Positions 36,562 through 46,340 of a stretch of DNA of 64,000 bases are shown here, piece by piece. Numbering within the stretch: position 1 is the first letter of the stretch; each line of letters opens with the position of its first letter. The stretch spans positions 124,793-188,792 of the forward strand of contig CAYZOP010000005.1 in NCBI GenBank assembly GCA_964480485.1. Reading direction: 5' to 3'. The notes beneath the pieces are model-generated. The model was not told where the DNA came from. It ran no database searches and worked only from the letters and a program-made list of their open reading frames with translations. A program made the position numbers and the translations under genes. Source of the DNA: an uncultured Desulfobacterales bacterium (GTDB taxonomy: Bacteria > Desulfobacterota > Desulfobaccia > Desulfobaccales > 0-14-0-80-60-11).

Positions 36562-37347
36562 TTATCGCTTCGGTTTTTGCCGGGGTGCAGCCGGCGCCGG
36601 GAGAATGTCGATTTTTTCGGCCTTTTCGGGAGCTACGAAGGTGAACAGGCCGTCTTCCAGGGGGGCCGAGGTGTTCCATTGGGAGAAAACCGCAGCAAAC
36701 TGCAGACCCTGGGTCTTCTTGTCGGTGATGAGAAACTTGCGGGGCACCGGGGTTGAACTGTTCTCAATCCAGATCTGCCAGTCGATGTCCTTCTGTCGGA
36801 AGGCCAGGTGATGGCAGGGCACCCCCTGAACCGTGCTCTCTCCCACGTAAAAGCCGGAAAGCACCCCTGCCGTCAGATATTCGCAGGCCCTGGTGTAGAT
36901 CAGATCAGCCAGCGGGGCCCGGAGATTGAAGGCCTGGATGCCGTGCTCCAGGGCGGCAGCGATCTCTGGAGGGGCGGCGATGGTGGTATAAAAGTTCTTG
37001 CTCCGGTCCAAGAGGGTGATGGTCTTGCCGTCGAATACCATCAGGCGGTTGTCCGCATCTCCCACGGATTCAGCCCGAAAGCGGTCGGGGCGCCGCACCG
37101 CGGCCTTCAGGTGCCGGCCGTACTGGATTCTTTGACCGGAGTGCAGCAGCACGTCCTCGGTGATCTCTGCCTGGAGGGAAAATTGTTGGAGATTCTTGAG
37201 ATAATCGCACATCTGCCGGAGAGTTTCCCCGGCCTTGGCCTCAATGACCGGGGCTTTGGCTTTCTTGGGCGCTTCCACGCCCCAGGCCGGCGAAATCACC
37301 ACTTGCCAGGAGAACAGTAAGATACCGAGAAGTGGGTAAAATCGCAT
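36562..37347 (-). CDS. Predicted periplasmic protein (DUF2092-like, LolA-like fold)
   Basis: Signal peptide; VRRPDRFR; FDGKT.TL; HLAFRQ..IDWQIWI....TP.PRK..IT; W......D..FTF.AP..A.KI. Confidence 0.75.
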   Translation of the reverse strand: MRFYPLLGILLFSWQVVISPAWGVEAPKKAKAPVIEAKAGETLRQMCDYLKNLQQFSLQAEITEDVLLHSGQRIQYGRHLKAAVRRPDRFRAESVGDADNRLMVFDGKTITLLDRSKNFYTTIAAPPEIAAALEHGIQAFNLRAPLADLIYTRACEYLTAGVLSGFYVGESTVQGVPCHHLAFRQKDIDWQIWIENSSTPVPRKFLITDKKTQGLQFAAVFSQWNTSAPLEDGLFTFVAPEKAEKIDILPAPAAPRQKPKR

Positions 37348-37637
37348 ATGGCATTCCTCCTTATTTCTCTTGCAAAGGCGATCCCTGCCTCGATGTTCTT
37401 CTCTGGCAGCCATGCCCTTCCCTGGCTGCGTCCAATCAAGCCTTAGGGGCCTTCCCCTGGGGACAGCCTGAGGAGGCTCCTATTGTAGGTCTCGGGCAGT
37501 CGGGCGAGAAAGTCAGCGTGGACGAGGCCCTTCCAGGGGGCGACCTCGGTGAAGCGCTGGGGGATGCCGAGGCGGGCGGAACCACAGGGGAGAGCCTGGC
37601 CGGCAGCCCTGACCCTCCCCTCGGTCTTGGTCCACCC

Positions 37638-40199
37638 CTACCGCCGGCCCCCGCGGCCGCCGCCACCCCGGCCGCCGCCCCCGCCTCCGCCGCGGAAACC
37701 GGCCCCGCCACCGGAGGGCCGGCTCATGCCGCCCCCCCCGAAGGACGGGGAGCTCTGGGCTCGCTGGAACTGTTGGGTGCGGGCCTGGCCCCGGTCCCGG
37801 GCCTGGAACTCCCGGTTGAGGCGGTTGGCGTCAAACCCAGGCTGGGGGCTGGGGCGGGCCGCCTCGGGTCGGGCCGTGGGTCGGGTTTCCGGCCGGGTGG
37901 GCCGCTGGGTGATATCACCCGGCCGTTGGGTGGGCCGGGTGGCCGGCTGGGCTTCAGGCCTGGCCCCGGGCCGCTGGGCTCCCGCCTTGGCCCACTGGTT
38001 TCCCTGGCGCTGCTGCAGGTTGCCCTGATTGTCCTTCCGGTAAACATTGCCGCTGCGGTCCGCCACCACGTTGTTCTGGCCGCCTGCCGGCCTCACCTGG
38101 GGCTGGGCCGGTCGGGCGGCCGGCTTGGTGCCGGGACGGGCGGACGGCTGGGAGGGACGGGCCGCGGGACGCTCCCCCGGACGGCCGGGCCGGTCGGCCA
38201 CCGCGCCGCTCACCGGCCGGGTGGCGGGCCGGCCGGCCAGGTTCCCCTGGTTCCAGGGCCGGTTGTACAGGTTATTGCCATAGGGCGTGGGCCGCGCCCC
38301 GGGGCGATCCCCCGGACGATAACCCGGCCAACGGTCCCCGGGCCGCTCCCCGGGCCGCTCCCCGGGCCAGCGGTTGCCGGCGTTCCAGTTGCGGTTGTTG
38401 ATGTAGTTGTGGTTGATGTTGACGTTGTTGTAGTGGTAGCCGCCGCCGCCCCACCAACCGCCGCCGTAGTGATAGTCATGGTTGCCCCAGAGGGCGTAGC
38501 CGGTGAGCATGCCGGCGCCAAAGCCTACCAGGCCGGGGCCCAGCCAGCTCCAGGGGCTGTAGTAGGAGGGCTGGTAGCCCCAGGTGCTGGCGTAGGGGTC
38601 ATAGGTGGCGGCATAGCCGTAGGTGGACTGGTAAGGGATGTAGGCGGTTTCCGTGGAGTAGGACGGGTAGTTGTAGCCCGTGCCGTACACTACCGTGCCG
38701 TTGTCCACGTAGGAGCCGGTGTAGCCGGGGGTGTAGCCCACGGTCACCGTGTCGTCGGTGGAGTCGTAAACCTTGACGTACTTGGTGTTGTAGTGCGGGT
38801 TGCTGGGCGGCAGCTTGCCCACCTCCTGGGGCGCCCGGTCGGACACCTTCCAGGGGCCGGTGGGGGAGTCCGCCTCATACCAGACCCCCTGCTCCACTGC
38901 ATAGTACTTGGTGCCTTCCTTGAACACCGCGGTGCCGGTGTTCACCGCGTACTCCAGGTCGGTGCCGGCCACCTTTTCGAATTTAGGCTCGCCGGCATAC
39001 TTGACCGTGGCCTTGGCCTTTTTGCGGTCAATGACCGCGGTCTGGGGGATGGAGTTGTCCAGCACCGCCTCCTTGGCCTGGGTGGTTTGGGCCACGTTCA
39101 CCAGCACAAAGCCCTTGGTGGACTCCGGCGGGATCTTGGCGAAGTCGGCGGGTAGCTTGTCCGGGGCCACATAAGCGTAAGGGCCATCCGGCAGCGTCTT
39201 GGTCTTGAACCAGCGGCCGGAGAGCAACGTATAATATTCCTGGGTGCCGGTGTCCAGGAAGATGTTGCTCTCGGTGTTGCTGACGAAGAGCAAGCCCGTG
39301 CCCGGAATTGGGGTGAACTGGGGCTCGCCTTCGGTCACCAACAACTCGGCGGGCACGGTGCTGACAATGATTTCCGGCAGCTTGCCGGCCTTTTTCTCCA
39401 CTTCCTTTTTGGGCGGCTGCCCCCCCTTTTTCTTGGCAGCTTCCGCCCTCTTTTCCTCCACCCTGGCCATCAGCGCCTTCAGGTCCGGGGGCAGGGAGGC
39501 CAGGTCCTTCCACGGGCCGGCCACCTCGGCGGCGCTCAGCCATTGGTCTCCACCCTTGAGGTAATAGGACCGGGCCGCCGGGTCATACAGCATGGCAAAA
39601 GGAGTGTTGGCCACCTGCATGAGCTTGGAGTCCGGGATGGGCAGCAGCTTGGGCTCCCCGTCCAGCAGCACCAGCACCGCCGGGTTGGTCCGGAAGATGA
39701 CCTTGGGCGGCTCGTGGTTCAGACCCTGATCGCCGGCCTGGGCCTTCTCCAGAGTTTCCGCCGCAGCCACCAGCCGGTCCAGGCCGATGGGGATGGACCA
39801 GTCCGTCATCTCTTCATTCAAAAACTTCTTGATTCTTTCCAACTGCTCCGGCTTGGCGTCCGGGAACTTGACCGCCGTGACCTTGACCTGATCAATGGTG
39901 GCCAGGCGGGTGTCTCGGTCTGCCGTCACCCGGGCCGCCAGCCACACCGCCCCGAAGACCGGCTGCTTCATCTCCTTGGTCTGGCCGGAGATGGCGGCGA
40001 TGGCCGTGAGCTTGTCGTTTTCCAGATCCTCCAGCTGCGGCTGGTACATGACCAACGTCCCCTTGGGGTGTTGGAACCGTTTGGGCCAGGGATCCTGGGC
40101 CGCCAGGACCGACCCCCCGGACAACCAGATTCCCGCCAGGATTGTAAAGATGCCGACTCCCACCAGTTTCCTTGCCGAAGGTCTGCCGTTCATGACCAA
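37638..40199 (-). CDS. Large exported hypothetical protein with Tyr-rich beta region and R/G/P/Q low-complexity tail
   Basis: Signal peptide; WP...YQPQLE; repeated LL..DGEP..PI..T.L..V.NT motif; YGTGY.Y..Y region; RPGERPGERPGD repeats; GGGRGGGGRGGRR end. Codon usage is consistent with a real gene. Confidence 0.75.
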   Translation of the reverse strand: MVMNGRPSARKLVGVGIFTILAGIWLSGGSVLAAQDPWPKRFQHPKGTLVMYQPQLEDLENDKLTAIAAISGQTKEMKQPVFGAVWLAARVTADRDTRLATIDQVKVTAVKFPDAKPEQLERIKKFLNEEMTDWSIPIGLDRLVAAAETLEKAQAGDQGLNHEPPKVIFRTNPAVLVLLDGEPKLLPIPDSKLMQVANTPFAMLYDPAARSYYLKGGDQWLSAAEVAGPWKDLASLPPDLKALMARVEEKRAEAAKKKGGQPPKKEVEKKAGKLPEIIVSTVPAELLVTEGEPQFTPIPGTGLLFVSNTESNIFLDTGTQEYYTLLSGRWFKTKTLPDGPYAYVAPDKLPADFAKIPPESTKGFVLVNVAQTTQAKEAVLDNSIPQTAVIDRKKAKATVKYAGEPKFEKVAGTDLEYAVNTGTAVFKEGTKYYAVEQGVWYEADSPTGPWKVSDRAPQEVGKLPPSNPHYNTKYVKVYDSTDDTVTVGYTPGYTGSYVDNGTVVYGTGYNYPSYSTETAYIPYQSTYGYAATYDPYASTWGYQPSYYSPWSWLGPGLVGFGAGMLTGYALWGNHDYHYGGGWWGGGGYHYNNVNINHNYINNRNWNAGNRWPGERPGERPGDRWPGYRPGDRPGARPTPYGNNLYNRPWNQGNLAGRPATRPVSGAVADRPGRPGERPAARPSQPSARPGTKPAARPAQPQVRPAGGQNNVVADRSGNVYRKDNQGNLQQRQGNQWAKAGAQRPGARPEAQPATRPTQRPGDITQRPTRPETRPTARPEAARPSPQPGFDANRLNREFQARDRGQARTQQFQRAQSSPSFGGGGMSRPSGGGAGFRGGGGGGGRGGGGRGGRR
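38335..38368. repeat. 12-bp tandem repeat (CCCCGGGCCGCT, about 2.7 copies) encoding RPGE
   Basis: Directly visible inside the low-complexity tail of the 37638..40199 gene. Confidence 0.7.
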
Positions 40200-40247
40200 C
40201 CGCTCCTTAAAAAGATTTGCCCAAACCTTATCATCACCAGCGGGGGC

Positions 40248-41528
40248 TCAATCCATCATGCCGAGGCGCCGGCTCAGGCGTTCCACCACCTTGACCCCTT
40301 GGGCCTCCAGCTGGCGGCGGGCCAGGGGGGACACGGCGCCGGTGACCCAGAGCTCAAACCCGGCCGGGGTCCGGCTGGTTTTTTTATAGCTGGCAAGGGT
40401 GTTCTTCACCACCTTTTCGGCCCGCACCGTCCAGACCCCATAATCCAAGGGAAAGGGAATGACCACCGTGCCGTTGGCCGCACGGGCCAGAATGATCCCC
40501 GGCGCCGTGATCTCCTGGATGGGAGAGACGGTTTGCTGATAGGCCACCAGGATCTCGGCCAGATTTTGCATAAAATTGGCCGAGTCCTCGTCATGCGCCT
40601 GCAAGGCAAAATTGATCAAGGCTTCCCGCCCCCGGGCTCCGGAAAGCTTTTCCAGGCTGGCCACGATGACGGTTTTGTGGCGGGGACTGAGCTGGTTGTG
40701 GTTGAGGAAGCGCTGGGTCAGGCCCGGGTCAACTCCCATGGCCTGAAGCTTCCGCTCGTTGAGGTTGCGCAGGCTGCTGGGCGATTCGTCCCGGAGCAGG
40801 CGGTTGACTTCGCCGGCGGTTTGCGACATGCGGCTGAGGCTCACGGCGGTGCCCCCGCCGTAAGGGATGGCCGCCGTCACTCCCAGGGACCCCAGGGCCT
40901 GGGCTTTGCCCAGGCTGTCCAACTCGTTTTGCAGCACCCGGTTGCTGGAATAGACGTCCACTCCCAGGTCATAGGCGAGTTTCCGCTTGGCCTCCGAAAC
41001 CTGGAGGAGCTGCTGCCCCACGGGGTCCCGGCGGGCCTCCCGGGGCTTTTGTACTCCGGTGGCGAGGTTGTCGAAGAGCTTGGCCACCCCCTGGGGCACG
41101 CTGGCCAGGGTGCGGCCGGGGTCGGTGACGAGATTGGCCCCGAAATCCAGGGTGTCCTGGGCCTTGCCCTTTACCCCCTCCACAAAAGCCTCGCCTTTGC
41201 TCATCTGCCTGAGGGCGGCGATGGCCTGAATCTCCCTGATGAGCTTTCTAAGCCCATATTCGCCGGTCACCGGAAAGGTGCCGTAATCCGAGTTCACCGT
41301 GAAGCGCAGCATGTAGCCGTCCGCCGCCACCCGGTCCTGCACCTGGAAATGCGGGCCGGATCGGAGATCCGCCGGCAACACCTCGGCGGCCCGCCGGTCG
41401 CTTGGCACTTCATATCTGGCCGCCGCCGCCGCCGTTCCGGTTGCGTCAGTCAGAAAAAGCAGGAGGGCGGCTCCACCCATCAAAAGGCCGTTTCCCGTTT
41501 TGGCCAACGTTCGGCCCCACTTTCCCAT
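40248..41528 (-). CDS. Exported conserved hypothetical protein
   Basis: Signal-like N-terminus; LRSGPHFQVQDRV..DGY...FTVNSDYGTF....LRKLIREI.AIAAL; GC3-rich codons; co-directional first gene of the cassette. Confidence 0.7.
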   Translation of the reverse strand: MGKWGRTLAKTGNGLLMGGAALLLFLTDATGTAAAAARYEVPSDRRAAEVLPADLRSGPHFQVQDRVAADGYMLRFTVNSDYGTFPVTGEYGLRKLIREIQAIAALRQMSKGEAFVEGVKGKAQDTLDFGANLVTDPGRTLASVPQGVAKLFDNLATGVQKPREARRDPVGQQLLQVSEAKRKLAYDLGVDVYSSNRVLQNELDSLGKAQALGSLGVTAAIPYGGGTAVSLSRMSQTAGEVNRLLRDESPSSLRNLNERKLQAMGVDPGLTQRFLNHNQLSPRHKTVIVASLEKLSGARGREALINFALQAHDEDSANFMQNLAEILVAYQQTVSPIQEITAPGIILARAANGTVVIPFPLDYGVWTVRAEKVVKNTLASYKKTSRTPAGFELWVTGAVSPLARRQLEAQGVKVVERLSRRLGMMD

Positions 41529-42258
41529 CAGCGATACCCCCTTTGTTATGGAGATGCCGGTTTCTTAAGGAACATCTTCCCCGCCGCCCCTGGTGAAAGG
41601 AGCACCCCAAGCCTTCTGGTGGGCCTGCAAGGGGCCGGCCCACCCTTGGTTCCTGTTGCCGCCTGCGGGCTGCTATCAGGTTGGCGGATCCCGGCCGACC
41701 CCCGCGTGTTCCGGTTTCCCTACCTACTGCAAGACCGCCCGGGCATGCCACGTTATCCGTAAAGGTGGCGGCTTTGGAGTTTTCCGGGTTCGGTGCCGCG
41801 TGAAGTTCAGCCAAGATCCAGGGGCTCAGGTTGGTTCAGGCACGGCATCCAGGATTGCAGGACTTCCCAAAATTTCCCCGGCAGGGCTTGGAGGGTGAAA
41901 AGAATGGATAATATGGCGGGCCCCGGTTTACCCTGATGAATCACCACAGACTGCCTTGATCTCTGGGTGAAGTTTTAGGCCAAGGAGCCCCATCGGATTA
42001 TTTCGTTGGTTAGGAATATTATATGAAATGCAGGCGGTCCGCTATAGAAATTTTGAGCCCTTTCTTCATGGTGGTAGGGGGTTGGGGGAGAGGAACGTTG
42101 AGAACACCCCGTCCTTTCCCAAAATTACGCCCTCACCCTTCCCCACCGGTGGGGAGGGAACCAGAGGCTTTCTTTTGGGAAAGCTATTCCTGAAACGATA
42201 TCCTGGAAGGGATGTCCGGGAGGAGGGAGACCTTGCAGGAATACGGCGTTGATAGGGT

Positions 42259-42336
42259 TGGGGTGAGCGACGGGATTTGAACCCGCGGCCTCCGGGGCCA
42301 CAACCCGGTGCTCTAACCAGCTGAGCTACGCCCACC
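42259..42336 (-). tRNA. tRNA-His(GTG)
   Basis: Minus strand G-GTGGGCGTAGCTCAGCTGGTTAGAGCACCGGGTTGTGGCCCCGGAGGCCGCGGGTTCAAATCCCGTCGCTCAC-C-CCA; GTG anticodon; G-1:C73 His identity. Confidence 0.96.
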
Positions 42337-42630
42337 ACATACTGGACTTTATACCACAACCTTGAAGACCTAGGAAGTCTCCCACATTTCCCCGGGTTTG
42401 GCAAGGGAAACTTCGCCGCTCCGTTTTCTCCGGCACCTTCTGGCGGGACTCTTAAAGGAAGTGGGCGCCTCTTTGCGGTTGGGCCCTTTACAACCCCGGC
42501 TCAGGGCCATACGTTATGCAGTAGAATGTTGATAAAGATTTCCGGTGAAGTGCGGCTGCTGGACACCGTTACAACTCCCCGGCCACCCCAAACCGACGGT
42601 CACCAACAAAAGGATGCCTCGAGGGATGCC

Positions 42631-43644
42631 ATGAAGGAAGCCCGATTCTACGAAGTCCGGGAGGAACAGAAGGTGCAGTGTCACCTCTGCGCCCACGAAT
42701 GCAAAATCGACCCCGGCAAACGCGGCCTGTGTCATGTCCGGGAAAACCTGGAGGGCAAGCTTTACAGTCTGGTGTACGGCCGGGTGGTGGCTGAAAACCT
42801 GGACCCCATTGAAAAGAAGCCGCTCTTTCACTTTCTGCCCGGGTCCCGCTCCTATTCCATTGCCACGGTGGGCTGCAATTTCATGTGCCTGCACTGCCAG
42901 AATTACGACATTTCCCAATATCCCCGGTCCCACGGCGGCAAAATCATCGGCGAGCCCCGCACCCCGGAGCAGATCGTGGCCTTCGCTCAGGACAGCCGGG
43001 CAGCCAGCATCTCCTATACCTACGTGGAGCCCACCATCTTCATGGAGTTCGCCCAGGACATCGGGCGACTGGCCCATGAACGGGGCATCAAAAACGTTTT
43101 TGTGTCCAACGGCTATATGACCCCGGCCTCCGCCGACGCCCTGGCGGCGTTTGTGGATGCGGACAATGTGGACCTGAAGAGCTTCTCCGACGACTTTTAC
43201 CGCAAAGTCTGCAAAGCCCGCCTGCAACCGGTGCTGGACACCATCGTCCGCCTCAAGGAAAAGGGGGTCTGGCTGGAGGTTACCACCCTGGTGATCCCCG
43301 GACTGAACGACTCCGACCAGGAACTCACCCAGGTGGCCCGGTTCATCAAGGGCGTGGACCCTGGGATCCCCTGGCATGTGAGCGCCTTTTACCCCACCCA
43401 CCAGATGCTGGACCGGCCCCGGACGCCGGCCAGCACCCTCATGCGGGCCCGCCAGATCGGTTTGGCCGAGGGCTTGCGCTATGTCTATACCGGCAACATT
43501 CCCGGCCAGGGGGGCGAAGACACCGTCTGCTACCAGTGCGGCGAAACCCTTATCGCCCGGGTGGGCTACCAGATCCGGGGTTTCATCTTGAAAGACGGCG
43601 CCTGCCCCCAGTGCGGGGCGGGCATTGACGGCGTGTGGCGGTGA
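42631..43644 (+). CDS. AmmeMemoRadiSam-system radical SAM enzyme (PflA-like)
   Basis: VQCHLCAHECKI..G.RGLC.VREN..G.LYSLVYG; DPIEKKPLFHFLPGS; GCNFMCLHCQNYDISQ; TYVEPTIF.E; C..CG..LI.R.G; CP.CG..I.GVW. Confidence 0.9.
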   Translation: MKEARFYEVREEQKVQCHLCAHECKIDPGKRGLCHVRENLEGKLYSLVYGRVVAENLDPIEKKPLFHFLPGSRSYSIATVGCNFMCLHCQNYDISQYPRSHGGKIIGEPRTPEQIVAFAQDSRAASISYTYVEPTIFMEFAQDIGRLAHERGIKNVFVSNGYMTPASADALAAFVDADNVDLKSFSDDFYRKVCKARLQPVLDTIVRLKEKGVWLEVTTLVIPGLNDSDQELTQVARFIKGVDPGIPWHVSAFYPTHQMLDRPRTPASTLMRARQIGLAEGLRYVYTGNIPGQGGEDTVCYQCGETLIARVGYQIRGFILKDGACPQCGAGIDGVWR

Positions 43645-43692
43645 GGTGGGGGTTCGGGGGTGGGGACAAGGGTCCCGGCCACGACCCCTCTT

Positions 43693-44229
43693 CTACCATT
43701 CGATGCCCCGGCGGGCGGGAAGGTCCACCTGCCAGTAATGCTTCAGGGGGCGCATTTCGGTGACCAGGTCGGCGGCGTCCAAAATTTCCTGGGGAGCGCT
43801 GCGGCCGGTGAGCACCACTTCCACGTGGGGCGGTCGTTTCTTGAGGTTCTCCAGGACCTCGGCCAGGGGCACCAGGTCATAGGCCAGGGCCACGTTGATT
43901 TCGTCCAGAACCACCAGGTCATGGTCACCGGCGGCGATGACGCCGGTGGCCAGGTCCAGGGCCTGCCTGGCCAGGGCCAAGTCGTCGGGGGCGGGGTTTT
44001 TCAGATTTACCAGCCCGGGGCGGCCGAAGGCCCGAATGGTGAACTCCGGGGCCAGGCGGGGCGCAGCCTTGAGCTCCCCGGTGTCCCGGCCCTTCAGGAA
44101 CTGCACGATGAACACCCGGAGCCCCTGGCCCACCGCCCGAAACGCCAACCCCAGGGCGCAGGTGGTCTTTCCCTTACCGTCGCCGGTATAGACCTGGATA
44201 CAGCCCCGCACCAGCCTGTCAGTGGCCAT
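43693..44229 (-). CDS. cobO: Cob(I)alamin/cobyrinic acid a,c-diamide adenosyltransferase
   Basis: QVYTGDGKGKTTCALGLA.RA.G.G; QFLKG; DLVVLDEIN.A; EVVLTGR.AP; ADLVTEM...KHY. Confidence 0.95.
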   Translation of the reverse strand: MATDRLVRGCIQVYTGDGKGKTTCALGLAFRAVGQGLRVFIVQFLKGRDTGELKAAPRLAPEFTIRAFGRPGLVNLKNPAPDDLALARQALDLATGVIAAGDHDLVVLDEINVALAYDLVPLAEVLENLKKRPPHVEVVLTGRSAPQEILDAADLVTEMRPLKHYWQVDLPARRGIEW

Positions 44230-44311
44230 ATGGTCTCCTTAAGAAGATTCTTGAGGGGAGGGCGGGGGAGCAGTGGCCCCCCGCCCCCTCAGACTCCCCT
44301 TTGCGCAACCA

Positions 44312-45454
44312 TCACGTCTTTAGCAGTTCCCTGGCGATAATGAGGCGCATGATTTCGTTGGTACCCTCGTAAATCTGTCCGGCTTTGGCGTCCCTCAGGA
44401 GGCGCTCCACCGGGTGTTCCTCCAGGAGGCCATAGCCACCGAAGATCTGCACCGCCTCCAGGGAAGCGCCCAAGGCGGCGTCGGTGGCGTATTTTTTGGC
44501 CATGGCCGCAGCCGTGCCATAGGGCCGCCCTTGATCCCGGAGCCAGGCGGCCTTGAGCGTGAGGAGGGCGGCGGCCTCCACCTCAGTGGCCATGTCCGCC
44601 AGCTTCCACTGGATGGCCTGGAGCTGGGCCAGAGGCTGGCCGAACTGGTGACGGCGGCGGGCATAGGCCAGGGCGTGCTGCAAGGCCGCCCGCCCCAACC
44701 CCACGGCCTGGGCCGCGGCCCCCACCCGGGCGCCGTCCAGCGCGGCCAGGGCGATTTTTAACCCCTGCTCCGGCGCGCCCAGGAGGCTGTCCACCGGCAC
44801 CGGCGCGTCGGTAAACTCCAGGGTCACCGAGGATGCCCCCTTGAGGCTCATCTTGGCCTCGGGAGCCCCACGCGTAAGACCGGGGGTCGCCTCCAAATCC
44901 ACCAGGAAGGCGCTGATGCCCTTGGGGCCTTTTTCCGGAGCGGTCAGGGCCATGATGATGCCGAAGGTGGCCCGGTCGCCGGCGGTGACGAAATTCTTGG
45001 TCCCGCTAAGGAGGTAATGATCACCCTCCCGCCGGGCCACGGTCCGAAGACCTCCTGGGTCGGAGCCGGCTTCGGGTTCGGTGAGGGCAAAGCAGGCGAT
45101 GGTCCGGCCCTGGGCCACCTGCGGCAGATAGCGCTCTTTTTGCGCCGGGGTGCCGAAGTGGGCCAGGGTGGCGCCCACCAGGGAGTGGTTCAGGTGGAGC
45201 AAGAGCGCCGACGTGGGGCAGGCCTGGGCCAACTCCATCTGAGCCAGGCAGTAGGACACGTAATCCAGCCCGCGGCCGCCGTATTCCGCCGGCAGGGCCA
45301 GGCCGAACATCCCGGCCGCGGCAAAGCGGCGAAGAATGGGGTCGGGAAAGCGGCTTTGCCGGTCCAGGTGGGCCGCTTCCGCCGCCGCCTCTGCAGCCAG
45401 GCTTTGGGCGGTTTCCCGAACGGCTTGCTGCTCCGGGGACAGATGGAAATTCAT
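44312..45454 (-). CDS. Acyl-CoA dehydrogenase (short/butyryl-type)
   Basis: P.EYGG.G; FALTEPEAGSD; L.G.KNF.T; LD..R.G.AAQA.G; R.QFGQP....QAIQ.KLADM; QIFGGYG...E.PVER..RDAK..QIYEGT.EI. Confidence 0.95.
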   Translation of the reverse strand: MNFHLSPEQQAVRETAQSLAAEAAAEAAHLDRQSRFPDPILRRFAAAGMFGLALPAEYGGRGLDYVSYCLAQMELAQACPTSALLLHLNHSLVGATLAHFGTPAQKERYLPQVAQGRTIACFALTEPEAGSDPGGLRTVARREGDHYLLSGTKNFVTAGDRATFGIIMALTAPEKGPKGISAFLVDLEATPGLTRGAPEAKMSLKGASSVTLEFTDAPVPVDSLLGAPEQGLKIALAALDGARVGAAAQAVGLGRAALQHALAYARRRHQFGQPLAQLQAIQWKLADMATEVEAAALLTLKAAWLRDQGRPYGTAAAMAKKYATDAALGASLEAVQIFGGYGLLEEHPVERLLRDAKAGQIYEGTNEIMRLIIARELLKT

Positions 45455-45678
45455 CTCGGCACCCCTTGCATTGCCAAAAGTGTCAAGGTGGTCAAGGAGG
45501 GCGGCGGGGTCGGATGGCGCCGCCGGTGGCCCCTGGCCGCTATGATTTCAAATTTCTGTGGGAGGGTCAATGGGAAAGGGCACTGCCAAAGGCCGGAGGG
45601 TCAAGGCGGGGGAGAAAGGGCTTGTGCTCTTTGGCCTATGGGGATATGTTTGTATCGTTTTGGGAAGTCCGCTTGGCA

Positions 45679-46218
45679 ATGACCCTACCTGCAACCTTCC
45701 GGGTGGCCCTGATTCTGGGCGGAGCCAGGAGCGGCAAAAGCGGCCTGGCGCAGCGGCTGGCCGAGAGCCGGGGCGCGCCTCTGCTTTACCTGGCCACCGG
45801 CGCGCCCGGAGACGAGGAAATGGCGGCCCGCATCGCCCGGCACCAACGGGAGCGGGGACCGGCCTGGGAGACCAGGGAGGCGCCCCTGGCCCTGCCCGAG
45901 GCCATTGCGGCGGCCCAGGGCCGGTTCCGGGCCGTTCTGGTGGACTGCCTCACCCTGTGGCTCACTAATCTTATCATGCAGGAGGCGGGGGAGCAGGATC
46001 TGGAAGCGGCCTTTGACCGGCTGCTGGCGGCGGCGGCCCAGGCCGCCAGTCCGCTGCTGCTGGTGAGCAACGAAGTGGGGTGGGGCATTGTGCCGGACAA
46101 CGCCCTGGCCCGCCGCTTCCGGGATCTGGCCGGCCGTCTGAACCAGCGCCTGGCGGCCCAGGCCGACCTGGTCGTCCTGGTGGCGGCCGGGCTGCCCTTA
46201 ATTTTAAAACAGGCGTAG
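45679..46218 (+). CDS. cobU: Adenosylcobinamide kinase / phosphate guanylyltransferase
   Basis: LGGARSGKS..A; YLAT....D.EM..RI..H..ER...W.T.E; VDCLTLWL.N; VSNEVGWGIVP.N.LAR.FRD.AG..NQ. Confidence 0.96.
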   Translation: MTLPATFRVALILGGARSGKSGLAQRLAESRGAPLLYLATGAPGDEEMAARIARHQRERGPAWETREAPLALPEAIAAAQGRFRAVLVDCLTLWLTNLIMQEAGEQDLEAAFDRLLAAAAQAASPLLLVSNEVGWGIVPDNALARRFRDLAGRLNQRLAAQADLVVLVAAGLPLILKQA

Positions 46219-46340
46219 GGGGGGCGGAGGCTTTCCCCACCTGCTTCCCTTCCTCTCAGGGATGGGGGGAGGGAGGGCGATGAGGGGGCGGCGAGCCCTG
46301 GATCCCTCCCTCAACATGGTCATGGAAAAGGATTGCCCTG

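Noticed and set aside
41838-41860. GGCATCCAGGATTGCA as a sigma54 promoter
   Set aside because: Spacing is GG-N11-GC, and sigma54 requires N10.
28000-42336. Envelope cassette as an integrative island at the tRNA-His 3' end
   Set aside because: It lies downstream of the tRNA, but I found no duplicated tRNA 3' fragment (att site) near 28.0-28.2 kb and no integrase or transposase.
45455-45678. Possible cobalamin riboswitch upstream of cobU
   Set aside because: No B12-box or the conserved GGGAA...GCCACTG and AGYCAG elements in the right order could be identified.
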